Of a stretch of 27,844 bases of DNA, positions 1 to 7,067 are shown piece by piece. The stretch is taken from the IMG/VR virus record IMGVR_UViG_2802429052_000001, positions 1 to 27,844 of that record. One strand, 5' to 3'. This DNA is from a virus (taxonomy: Duplodnaviria; Heunggongvirae; Uroviricota; Caudoviricetes). Position 1 is the first letter of the stretch. Each line of letters begins with the position of its first letter. A program made the position numbers and the translations under genes. The notes beneath the pieces are model-generated. The model was not told the origin of the DNA, did no database searches, and saw only the letters and a list, made by a program, of their open reading frames with translations.

Positions 1-300
1 TTACTCACGAGTAAGAATGCTACCGCTCGGCTCCACCAACGGTTTGCTCGCATCCGAAATCGTCTTGAGGCCAGCTGTTATGTAGTCGTAGGACATGCCA
101 GTCGCCTCTGAGGCGAGGTGCAATTCCTCGACATCCCACGGAACCTTGCCGTTGATCCGGTATGAGATCGCCTGCGGCGACTTTCCAATCGCCCGTGCGA
201 GCTCGTAGTACTTGATTTGCAAGCGGGCGCATTCCTCGCGAACCCGGCGAGCGACAGCCGCGGCGCCGCGATCGTGATCAACAACCATCAATGTGGACAT
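1..300 (-). CDS. Immunity repressor candidate, short XRE-type HTH protein (99 aa)
   Basis: HTH-like segment ELARAIGKSPQAISYRING; divergent from a Cro-like gene. ATG at 300 preferred over GTG at 309 because a TANNNT hexamer lies 7 nt upstream. Confidence 0.85.
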   Translation of the reverse strand: MSTLMVVDHDRGAAAVARRVREECARLQIKYYELARAIGKSPQAISYRINGKVPWDVEELHLASEATGMSYDYITAGLKTISDASKPLVEPSGSILTRE

Positions 301-313
301 GTAAAGCACTTTA
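300..313 (-). promoter_or_regulatory. Leaderless promoter for the repressor (-10 TAAAGT)
   Basis: Minus strand reads TAAAGT (313-308), 7 nt, then ATG (300); matches the mycobacterial SigA TANNNT consensus and leaderless geometry. -35 is poor. Confidence 0.6.
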
Positions 314-415
314 CACCAGATCTGATGTAGATACTAACGCTCATCTGTAGAAACCATCGACACATCGCATTTTTTCATCCCAATCGCTTGCTTCTTCTAC
401 AACTGAGCTGTAGAA
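300..415. promoter_or_regulatory. Operator-like palindromes in the repressor/cro intergenic region
   Basis: TGTAAAG-CA-CTTTACA (300-315), TACACCAGATCTGATGTA (312-329, one mismatched pair), TTCTACA-N7-TGTAGAA (395-415), plus a TGTAGAA half site at 346-352. Confidence 0.55.
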
Positions 416-416
416 C
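388..416 (+). promoter_or_regulatory. Candidate early rightward promoter
   Basis: TTGCTT (388-393)-N17-TAGAAC (411-416), 7 nt before ATG 424; the -10 lacks the final T; overlapped by the 395-415 palindrome. Confidence 0.4.
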
Positions 417-423
417 TACAACC

Positions 424-663
424 ATGTCATTCATGGCTACCACCATCGATCAGCGAGTAGCGGCCAACGTCCGCGCCGAAATGGCGCGTAGGCGAGTTAG
501 TCAGCAGACGCTCGCCAACGCTATGGATCTGAGTTTTATGTCGATCTCACGGCGCATGTCCGGTCACGTCTCGTTCTCAATCAGTGAGCTGTACCGGGTA
601 GCCGAGGTCCTGAAAGTTGATATACGCACGCTGATCGCTCTCGAACAGGCCGTCGCCTCGTGA
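424..663 (+). CDS. Cro-like HTH DNA-binding protein
   Basis: VSQQTLANAMDLSFMSISRRMSG HTH; first gene of the rightward operon; ATG 424 (alternative 433). Confidence 0.85.
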   Translation: MSFMATTIDQRVAANVRAEMARRRVSQQTLANAMDLSFMSISRRMSGHVSFSISELYRVAEVLKVDIRTLIALEQAVAS

Positions 664-1040
664 GCACCGCGAAAGACCGTTCGATCGGCGAGGAGCTGAT
701 ACAGATCATCCGCGCCGAGATCCGCGCCTACGACGAACGCAAGGACGAGGCGGTGCGGCTGCGCAAGGTCGCTGACCAGGCGGTCGCCGAGGCTGAGCGG
801 GCTGCCAAGGCGGCGCGTGAGTCAAAGCCGAATTCCATCGGTGGCGCAATCAGCGCCGCCATCGTTGGCGATCTGAACGCGCAGGCCATCGACGCACTCT
901 TCGAGCGTCAGCAGAAGCCGCTTGTGGACTTCACTACCACCGTCAGTGCCGCCTCTGTCGCTGACGGGCTTGGTGCATGGCAGCCGCGCAGCACAGGGGA
1001 GAACCCGCCACGTCGCCGATGGTGGCGCAAGAAGCGCTGA
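660..1040 (+). CDS. Hypothetical protein, N-terminal coiled coil and basic Trp-rich C-terminus
   Basis: GTGA overlap with cro; ends PPRRRWWRKKR. Confidence 0.7.
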   Translation: MSTAKDRSIGEELIQIIRAEIRAYDERKDEAVRLRKVADQAVAEAERAAKAARESKPNSIGGAISAAIVGDLNAQAIDALFERQQKPLVDFTTTVSAASVADGLGAWQPRSTGENPPRRRWWRKKR

Positions 1041-1071
1041 ATCGTCATGTCTGACAACTGAATAGGAAAAA

Positions 1072-1115
1072 CCCCGACGGCGGGCTCGCTCGCCAAAGTT
1101 CACCCGCCGCCGGGG
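1072..1115 (+). promoter_or_regulatory. GC-rich intergenic hairpin in the early leader
   Basis: CCCCGACGGCGGG (1072-1084) pairs with CCCGCCGCCGGGG (1103-1115), 12 bp plus one mismatch; loop contains CGCCAAA; followed by AAAGGAGG RBS. Confidence 0.6.
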
Positions 1116-1145
1116 CCTCTACAACCAGCCTAAAGGAGGCCGGTC

Positions 1146-1442
1146 ATGTCCCACCGTATCCAAGTACCCATTGCGCGCGTCGAGGGTGTCCGCACCGCGA
1201 TCATGCGGCACGCATTCTGGACCGTCGCGTTTCTCGCTCTCGTGTACGCGCTGGCCGCCCTGTCCAACCACCAGTACACGCAATTCGTCGTAGTGATGGC
1301 GCTGTTCGGCGTTGCAGTGGGGATTGATCTTCGTGTGCACCGTCGCGGGCGATACCGCGACCGGTCGGCCGTGCTACTGCTGATCGCCTTCGTGGCCATC
1401 GTTGTCACGGGCGTATTCGCGCAGGTGGGGGTGGCCGCGTGA
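1146..1442 (+). CDS. Small multi-pass membrane protein
   Basis: Three hydrophobic stretches; strong RBS AAAGGAGG at 1132-1139. Confidence 0.8.
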   Translation: MSHRIQVPIARVEGVRTAIMRHAFWTVAFLALVYALAALSNHQYTQFVVVMALFGVAVGIDLRVHRRGRYRDRSAVLLLIAFVAIVVTGVFAQVGVAA

Positions 1443-1660
1443 CAACCGACACCACGCCAAACGTGTTGAACCTCAACAACGTTATCGACAAGGTCACCGG
1501 CGCCATGGACGCGCTAAAGGAGACCGCCGAGGCTGCGGGCGTCGACTTGAGTGACGATATGCCGCACCTCGAACGCGAGCTGGATCGGTTCTTCGCTACG
1601 CGCCATACCGAACGCGACGAGGCCAGCGCCGCGATTCGCGCATCGGAGGCGGTCTGGTGA
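1439..1660 (+). CDS. Hypothetical protein
   Basis: GTGA overlap with the upstream gene; operon position. Confidence 0.7.
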   Translation: MTTDTTPNVLNLNNVIDKVTGAMDALKETAEAAGVDLSDDMPHLERELDRFFATRHTERDEASAAIRASEAVW

Positions 1661-1962
1661 TGGCCGAGACACCCAAGCCCACACGGGAACTCATCGCCAA
1701 GATGCGCGACGCAGCGGGCGCGCTACAGGACGCTACGCGTATCCACGTCGGAGACGACAACCCAGGGCGTGCAAGCCAGACCGACTGGAGCCCTGTGTAT
1801 CTGCGCCAACTCGCCGACCAATGGGAGTCCGACCTAGACGCCGACGATCGCATAGTCGCGCAGATCGCGGACATGATGACCGACCCGACACGTCCAAATC
1901 TCGATATAGCACAAGAGATCGTACGGCGATTCAACGTCCTGCCGAAGGGGGCCAAGGGGTGA
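1660..1962 (+). CDS. Hypothetical protein
   Basis: TGATG overlap; GGAGG RBS at 1646-1650; alternative GTG start at 1657. Confidence 0.7.
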   Translation: MAETPKPTRELIAKMRDAAGALQDATRIHVGDDNPGRASQTDWSPVYLRQLADQWESDLDADDRIVAQIADMMTDPTRPNLDIAQEIVRRFNVLPKGAKG

Positions 1963-2327
1963 CGCTGCACAAGGTCACGATCTGCGACCACTGGCATTGG
2001 ATGCTGTGGGACGGGAAGTTGACACACCTGCCCCGACGCGCGGATGTGGATTACCAGGCGGGCGACTGCATCGTCTTCGAGGGTCGCCCATGGCGCGAAT
2101 GGAACATCACGCACGTGCTCAACAGCGCGTCTATGCCGGGCATTGCCGAGGGGTACGTCGTGTTGTCTCTGGAGCACCCCGACAAGGCTCGCTGTGAGCG
2201 TGATTATGAGGCGCGCGGGCGCAGCAACGAGAGGCTACGCCGGTCGAATGCCGCACTGCGCGGCGTGATTACGCGTCTGCGCAACCAGATCAGCATGCGA
2301 GAGTACCGCGAGGTGGTGGGTCGGTGA
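1959..2327 (+). CDS. ASCH/PUA-like (DUF3850-like) domain protein with C-terminal coiled coil
   Basis: True start GTG 1959 (GTGA overlap) inside the 1551-2327 ORF; pattern RRADVDYQAGDCIVFE...ITHVL...GIAEGYVVLSL. Confidence 0.6.
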   Translation: MTLHKVTICDHWHWMLWDGKLTHLPRRADVDYQAGDCIVFEGRPWREWNITHVLNSASMPGIAEGYVVLSLEHPDKARCERDYEARGRSNERLRRSNAALRGVITRLRNQISMREYREVVGR

Positions 2328-2770
2328 CTGAGACATCCAAGATCTACGTGGCAAGTTCCTGGCGTAATCACCTGCAAGGCGGGGTGGTTCATACGCTTCG
2401 CGCAGCCGGGTTCGACGTGTACGACTTCAAGAATCCACCCAATGGCAGCGGGTTCCATTGGTCCGAGGTTGGGCTACAGCGAAACAGCGATACGTCGCAT
2501 GTTGAGGACTACCTGACTGCGCTGGAGCATCCCCGCTCCGTTGAGGGATTCAACTCCGACTTCGAGGCCATGGAGGCAGCCGACACATTCGTCCTGGTAC
2601 TGCCGTGTGGGCGTTCTGCGCACCTAGAACTCGGGTGGGCCATTGGCGCCGGTAAGCGCACGGCGATCTTGCTGGAAGATCCGTGCACTCCCGAGCTGAT
2701 GTACAAGATGGTGGATTACCTGGCGCCCAGCCTATTTGACCTACTCGGCTGGTTGGGGGTAAAGGACTGA
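2324..2770 (+). CDS. Nucleoside 2-deoxyribosyltransferase/N-glycosidase-like protein
   Basis: KIYVASSW, DFEAMEAAD and GRSAHLELGWA motifs fit the NDT flavodoxin-like fold, with the nucleophile-position Glu present. Confidence 0.65.
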   Translation: MTETSKIYVASSWRNHLQGGVVHTLRAAGFDVYDFKNPPNGSGFHWSEVGLQRNSDTSHVEDYLTALEHPRSVEGFNSDFEAMEAADTFVLVLPCGRSAHLELGWAIGAGKRTAILLEDPCTPELMYKMVDYLAPSLFDLLGWLGVKD

Positions 2771-3060
2771 TGAGCCTCAACATCCCCGAGGGCTACGAGT
2801 TGCACTACGCGATCATGCAGCCCGACGGCACCCTAGCGAGCATTCCAGGGACAAACCAGCCGGCGATCTTCCTGGATAGGTCTGGCGCTGAGCACATCCT
2901 CGGGCATTTGCGCCAGGACGCTGCGCGTATGGGCATCACCTCCTATGCCGGTCGTGTGGTCTATCGCCTGTGCTCGCAGTTCATCGATCCCAACGACCCG
3001 ATCGTCGAAACAATCGGGCAGATCGAGACCTGGCTGAAATCGCAAGGGGGCCAAGGGTGA
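2770..3060 (+). CDS. Hypothetical protein
   Basis: TGATG overlap; normal codon usage. Confidence 0.7.
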   Translation: MSLNIPEGYELHYAIMQPDGTLASIPGTNQPAIFLDRSGAEHILGHLRQDAARMGITSYAGRVVYRLCSQFIDPNDPIVETIGQIETWLKSQGGQG

Positions 3061-3260
3061 GCAGCCACTTTTGCCCGGTGTGTTGGCGGGATGCCCAGCA
3101 GACCATGAACGGAAACATCTACGCGCATTTCGACGGCGCGAGCAATGAATGTCCGGGCAGTAACCAGCCATTCACGATCGCCATCACGGCGCCGAGTCGA
3201 ATCACGCTGCGACACATCATCAAGGACATTCACGAGATGCGGGAGGCGATTGCCGCATGA
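3057..3260 (+). CDS. Small Cys/His-rich protein
   Basis: GTG 3057 (GTGA overlap); CPVC...H...C pattern. Confidence 0.65.
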   Translation: MSSHFCPVCWRDAQQTMNGNIYAHFDGASNECPGSNQPFTIAITAPSRITLRHIIKDIHEMREAIAA

Positions 3261-3514
3261 ACTGCACCAAATGCGGCCAGCGGCCCAAACAGGTTCGGGG
3301 AATGTGTCGCTCGTGTTTTCTGTCGGATCGGCCTTGGCCTGAGCAGTACGACGAAATGCATGCCATCGGCCGCTCCGACTGGGAGATCGCCAAGACCATG
3401 AACCAAGACCCGGCCACGTTCGCGCGCATGGCCGCTCGCTACGGAAGGACACTCGATTCAGTCATGACCCAAATCGTGCGTGACTACAGGCTCGCCAAGG
3501 GGTGGGCATCGTGA
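3257..3514 (+). CDS. Small Zn-finger/HTH-like protein
   Basis: ATGA overlap; CTKC...CRSC, then a helical segment SDWEIAKTMNQ. Confidence 0.65.
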   Translation: MNCTKCGQRPKQVRGMCRSCFLSDRPWPEQYDEMHAIGRSDWEIAKTMNQDPATFARMAARYGRTLDSVMTQIVRDYRLAKGWAS

Positions 3515-4377
3515 TCGAACTGACTCGCGATGGTGTCTACGCCGGCATCTCCGATACCGAGTACCACGCCGACCGGTCGGCATTGTCCAGCTCGGGTGCG
3601 CGGCTGCTATTGCCGCCGTCGACACCGGCAATGTTCCGGTGGCGCATGGACAATCCATCAGAGACCAAGCCCGAATGGGATTTTGGGCGTATGGCGCACC
3701 GCGTGCTATTGGGCGCCGGGGCTGAGATTTGCGTGCTGGAGCCCGCGATTCACGGACTCACCAAGGGCGGCGCGATCGCGAAATCGCCCCGTGCCACCGA
3801 CACGTGGAAAGAGGCCGAGGCCGAGGCACGAGCCGAGGGCCGCGTGCCCGTGCATGTTGACGACTACCAGATTGCGCAGGCCATGGCCGACAAGGTGCGT
3901 GAACACCCAACCGCTGGGCCACTATTCGCCAGCGGAAACGCAGAGGTGTCACTCGTAAGCACCGACCCTGAAACGGGTGTGCGTCTCAAGGCGCGCCCGG
4001 ATTGGATCACCGGCGACGGCACCATCGTCGACTACAAGACCGCGGTCAGCTCGGAAGTGGACGCGTTCTCACGCAAGGCAGCGGACTTCGGCTACCACAT
4101 TCAAGAGGCGTGGTACCGGCACGTTGCGCAACTACTCAAGCTGCATGACAACCCGCGGTTCCTGTTCGTGGTGCAGGAGAAGGAAGCCCCCTACGAGGTG
4201 TCGGTATTCGAGTACCAGGACCCCATCGACAAGGCCGAGGCCAAGCGCCAGATGCGCGAGGCGATCGGCATCTACCAGCGCTGCAGCGCGGAGGGGAAGT
4301 GGCCGGGCCGCTCACCCGAAGTCACTCCAATTTTCTTGCCCCAGTGGGCGCACGGCGACGACGAAATGGATATCTGA
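3511..4377 (+). CDS. RecE/exonuclease VIII-like PD-(D/E)XK nuclease (DUF3799-like)
   Basis: YHADRSALSSSG, KARPDW, IVDYKT, GYHIQEAWY motifs. GTG 3511 overlaps the upstream stop (alternative 3502). Confidence 0.85.
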   Translation: MIELTRDGVYAGISDTEYHADRSALSSSGARLLLPPSTPAMFRWRMDNPSETKPEWDFGRMAHRVLLGAGAEICVLEPAIHGLTKGGAIAKSPRATDTWKEAEAEARAEGRVPVHVDDYQIAQAMADKVREHPTAGPLFASGNAEVSLVSTDPETGVRLKARPDWITGDGTIVDYKTAVSSEVDAFSRKAADFGYHIQEAWYRHVAQLLKLHDNPRFLFVVQEKEAPYEVSVFEYQDPIDKAEAKRQMREAIGIYQRCSAEGKWPGRSPEVTPIFLPQWAHGDDEMDI

Positions 4378-4378
4378 C

Positions 4379-5011
4379 ATGGACATCAGCGAGACCATAG
4401 TCCCGAAGTCTGACCAGCTGAATGCCGAAGATCTGCTCATCGGCCCGAAAACGGTGACCATCAAGGGTGTTTCACGAGGCGATGCCGACCAGCCTGTGAA
4501 GGTGGCCCTTGTCGAGTTCGGGGATGGGCGCCCGTTCAAGCCGTGCAAGTCGATGCGACGCGTGATGGTCGCGGCATGGGGCCCAGACGCATCGAAATAC
4601 CAAGGTCGGCGCATGACGCTGTACTGCGACCCCGCGATCAGGTTCGGCGGCCAGGAGGTCGGCGGCATCCGGATCTCGCACATGAGCGACATCGACGAGC
4701 GGATGACTGTTGCGCTCACAGTGACCCGAGGCAGACGGGCACCGTTCATCGTCGACCCGCTGCCCGCAGTATCCGACACGATCACCTCGGATCAGTCCAA
4801 GCGGCTGTACGCACTGCTGCTCGAATGCGGCCTCGACGACAAGGACGCGGCGCTCGCGTGGATCGGTCGAGCTATCGGCCGGAGCGTGGCCGGCACCAAG
4901 GATCTCAGCCGCGACGAAGCCGACAAGGCGATTGGCATCCTCGAAACCGCGGGTACGCCAGGTGACGACGGGGACGATTCCGAGATCGTCACACCGGAGC
5001 TGGCCGAATGA
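4379..5011 (+). CDS. Conserved phage protein at the recombinase position (putative ssDNA annealing/binding protein)
   Basis: ATG 4379, 1 nt after the exonuclease stop; PKSDQLNAEDL...PFKPCKSMRRVM...FGGQEVGGIRISHMS; C-terminal helical domain. Confidence 0.7.
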   Translation: MDISETIVPKSDQLNAEDLLIGPKTVTIKGVSRGDADQPVKVALVEFGDGRPFKPCKSMRRVMVAAWGPDASKYQGRRMTLYCDPAIRFGGQEVGGIRISHMSDIDERMTVALTVTRGRRAPFIVDPLPAVSDTITSDQSKRLYALLLECGLDDKDAALAWIGRAIGRSVAGTKDLSRDEADKAIGILETAGTPGDDGDDSEIVTPELAE

Positions 5012-5277
5012 GCGCGCCAGCGGTGCGCATGATCACCGACAAGCAGCTGTACAAGCTCAACATCCTGTCCAAGGAATGCGGCCTCGCCTATCGCACTGCA
5101 CGGCTCAAGTGGATGAGCGATGAGGTTGTGCGCGAACTGAAATCGTCCAAGGAGCTGACCTGCGACGAGGCAAGCATGCTCATCAAAGTTTTGGAGTACG
5201 AGAAGTCCCAGCGTGCCCAAATATCCGAAAGCACCACTACTGCAACAGATGAAGGAGTCGCATCATGGCCGAAGTAA
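5008..5277 (+). CDS. Small helical protein paralogous to the C-terminal domain of the upstream gene
   Basis: ATGA overlap; 21/55 ungapped identity with the domain encoded at 4781-4945. Confidence 0.75.
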   Translation: MSAPAVRMITDKQLYKLNILSKECGLAYRTARLKWMSDEVVRELKSSKELTCDEASMLIKVLEYEKSQRAQISESTTTATDEGVASWPK

Positions 5278-5723
5278 CCGAGAAGCCCGCAGATTTGAAA
5301 TCCACCAACGAACTCGACAAGTTTGACGACGGCGTGGCTGCCGGCCCGACCGAGATCCGGCTCGGTCAAGCCCTGCTCATGACCCTGAGTGATCCGCCCG
5401 AGGCCGGCGAATACATCGACATCTCGGCGCGTCTGTACATCAAGCACGCCGGTTTCGATCAGAACACCCCGGACAGCCCGAAAGTGCCTGTGCGGCAAGC
5501 AAAGATCATCGTGGCATGGCCGCTCGGTGATCAGATGCCCAAGCCCAAGTCCAAGAATGGCGCCGAGACCCCCGAAATTGACGGCCAAGAGCCCCTATTC
5601 GAGGCCGACGGCGACCCGCAAGGTGCTGACGACGACCAGGCCGACACCCAAGGTGACAGCACGGTCGTCGAGTTCACCGGCGGTCCGGCGTTCTCCGACG
5701 GCACCGAGGGCGACGGCGAGTAA
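5265..5723 (+). CDS. Hypothetical protein with acidic C-terminal tail
   Basis: AAGGAG RBS; D/E-rich C-terminus. Confidence 0.75.
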   Translation: MAEVTEKPADLKSTNELDKFDDGVAAGPTEIRLGQALLMTLSDPPEAGEYIDISARLYIKHAGFDQNTPDSPKVPVRQAKIIVAWPLGDQMPKPKSKNGAETPEIDGQEPLFEADGDPQGADDDQADTQGDSTVVEFTGGPAFSDGTEGDGE

Positions 5724-5978
5724 ATGCCCACCCAACCGGTCATCGACCACCGCGGCGATTCTGCTCCCGCCGCGGTGGTCGATGACTACCCACTCGGCGA
5801 GCACCCGCCGGTCACCTGGTGGCAGGTGCAGAACATCCCGTACGCGGTAATTGAGTTCATCACGCCGATCGTCATTTCGGTTACCGAAGCAACGCTCGAC
5901 CTCCTCTCCGTGACGCTGTTCGGCAAGCCATGGTCCGAGCTGTTCGACCACCCGCAGTGGTCGGAGTGGTTCGAGTGA
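5724..5978 (+). CDS. Hypothetical protein
   Basis: Abuts the upstream stop (TAAATG). Confidence 0.65.
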   Translation: MPTQPVIDHRGDSAPAAVVDDYPLGEHPPVTWWQVQNIPYAVIEFITPIVISVTEATLDLLSVTLFGKPWSELFDHPQWSEWFE

Positions 5979-6118
5979 ACGCCATCTACGTCGCCGAGAT
6001 CGACGAAGCGCGCGCAGCCCGTAACGCCATGACCGAGATGGACCGGGCACCAAGACATCCGTACGCACACGACGGCATGTGCGGTGACCGAGACGACGCG
6101 AGGGACGAGCGACCGTGA
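5975..6118 (+). CDS. Small hypothetical protein (47 aa)
   Basis: GTGA overlaps at both ends. Confidence 0.55.
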   Translation: MNAIYVAEIDEARAARNAMTEMDRAPRHPYAHDGMCGDRDDARDERP

Positions 6119-6942
6119 CCGCGCCCCCGATGGCCTACTTCGGCGGCAAGACGCGCCTCGCGCGCCGCATCGCGGATCTACTTCCGCGACATGGTCACTA
6201 CGTCGAACCGTTCGCCGGCTCCTTGGCGGTGCTGCTCGCCAAGGAACCGAGCAAGATGGAGACGGTCAACGATCTCGACGGCCTGTTGATGACGTTCTGG
6301 CGGGTGCTCCGCGAGCAGCCCGACGAGCTGATGCGTGTATGCGCGCTTACCCCTCACTCGCGCGGTGAATACCTCGAGGCCCGGGCCGCCGACCTCGGCC
6401 GGCTCGATGACATCGAGGTTGCCCGGCTTGTCTGGTTGCAGATCGCGCAGGGACGCGGCGGCACAATGCGCCAAACCGGATGGCGAATGTTCGTGAACCC
6501 GAACGGCTCATCTATCCCCATGGGCGACTATCTCGAGGCCTACGTCAACCGCATGGCCGCAGCAGCCCAACGATTGCACCACGTGAGTCTGGAATGCAGG
6601 CCGGCCCTTGAAGTGATCGCGCAATACGGTTCTGATCCTGGGTGCTGCCTGTACGTGGACCCGCCGTACCTCGGGGATGTGCGTCGGGCAACGGGCAATG
6701 GGTACCGGATCGAAATGCGTGAGCCCGAGCTGCACGTCGAACTACTGGAATCGCTGCTCAGATGCCGCGCATCGGTCGTGCTGTCCGGGTACGACTCGCG
6801 GCTCTATAGCGAGGCCTTGGTCGACTGGGGCCGAATCGAGATGGCGGCGACAAGCCAAGGCGGTACGGACGTGACACGCACCGAGGTTCTGTGGGTCAAC
6901 CGCCCCATATCGCAGCAGCTTTCGCTAGGCGATGCATCATGA
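6115..6942 (+). CDS. DNA N6-adenine methyltransferase (D12/Dam-like class)
   Basis: YFGGK, YVEPFAGS (SAM binding), NDLD and LYVDPPY (catalytic) motifs. Confidence 0.92.
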   Translation: MTAPPMAYFGGKTRLARRIADLLPRHGHYVEPFAGSLAVLLAKEPSKMETVNDLDGLLMTFWRVLREQPDELMRVCALTPHSRGEYLEARAADLGRLDDIEVARLVWLQIAQGRGGTMRQTGWRMFVNPNGSSIPMGDYLEAYVNRMAAAAQRLHHVSLECRPALEVIAQYGSDPGCCLYVDPPYLGDVRRATGNGYRIEMREPELHVELLESLLRCRASVVLSGYDSRLYSEALVDWGRIEMAATSQGGTDVTRTEVLWVNRPISQQLSLGDAS

Positions 6943-7067
6943 GCCGCACCCCCGAGAGTTCAGCGGCTTACCGCGCTGGGTTGTGCGTCGACTGTAGGAC
7001 CGAGCCGCACAGCGCCGGTCGGCCCCGGTGCGAGAAGTGCCACACGAAATACAGAAGGGGTGAGTGA
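6939..7067 (+). CDS. 42-aa Zn-finger protein (not in the ORF track)
   Basis: Manually translated MSRTPESSAAYRAGLCVDCRTEPHSAGRPRCEKCHTKYRRGE; CxxC...CxxC; overlaps both neighbours. Confidence 0.65.
   Translation: MSRTPESSAAYRAGLCVDCRTEPHSAGRPRCEKCHTKYRRGE

Noticed and set aside
1-38. An intact tRNA gene at the left edge
   Set aside because: Only a 3'-end-like 16-mer; no T-loop, anticodon arm or D arm. Kept only as a possible att relic.
1551-2177. 5' extension of ORF 1551-2327 and minus-strand ORF 1596-2177
   Set aside because: They overlap better-supported coupled genes; Arg/Pro-rich off-frame composition.
3977-4378. Apparent 344-aa ORF starting at 3977
   Set aside because: The first 134 codons overlap the exonuclease out of frame; the protein-like part starts at ATG 4379.
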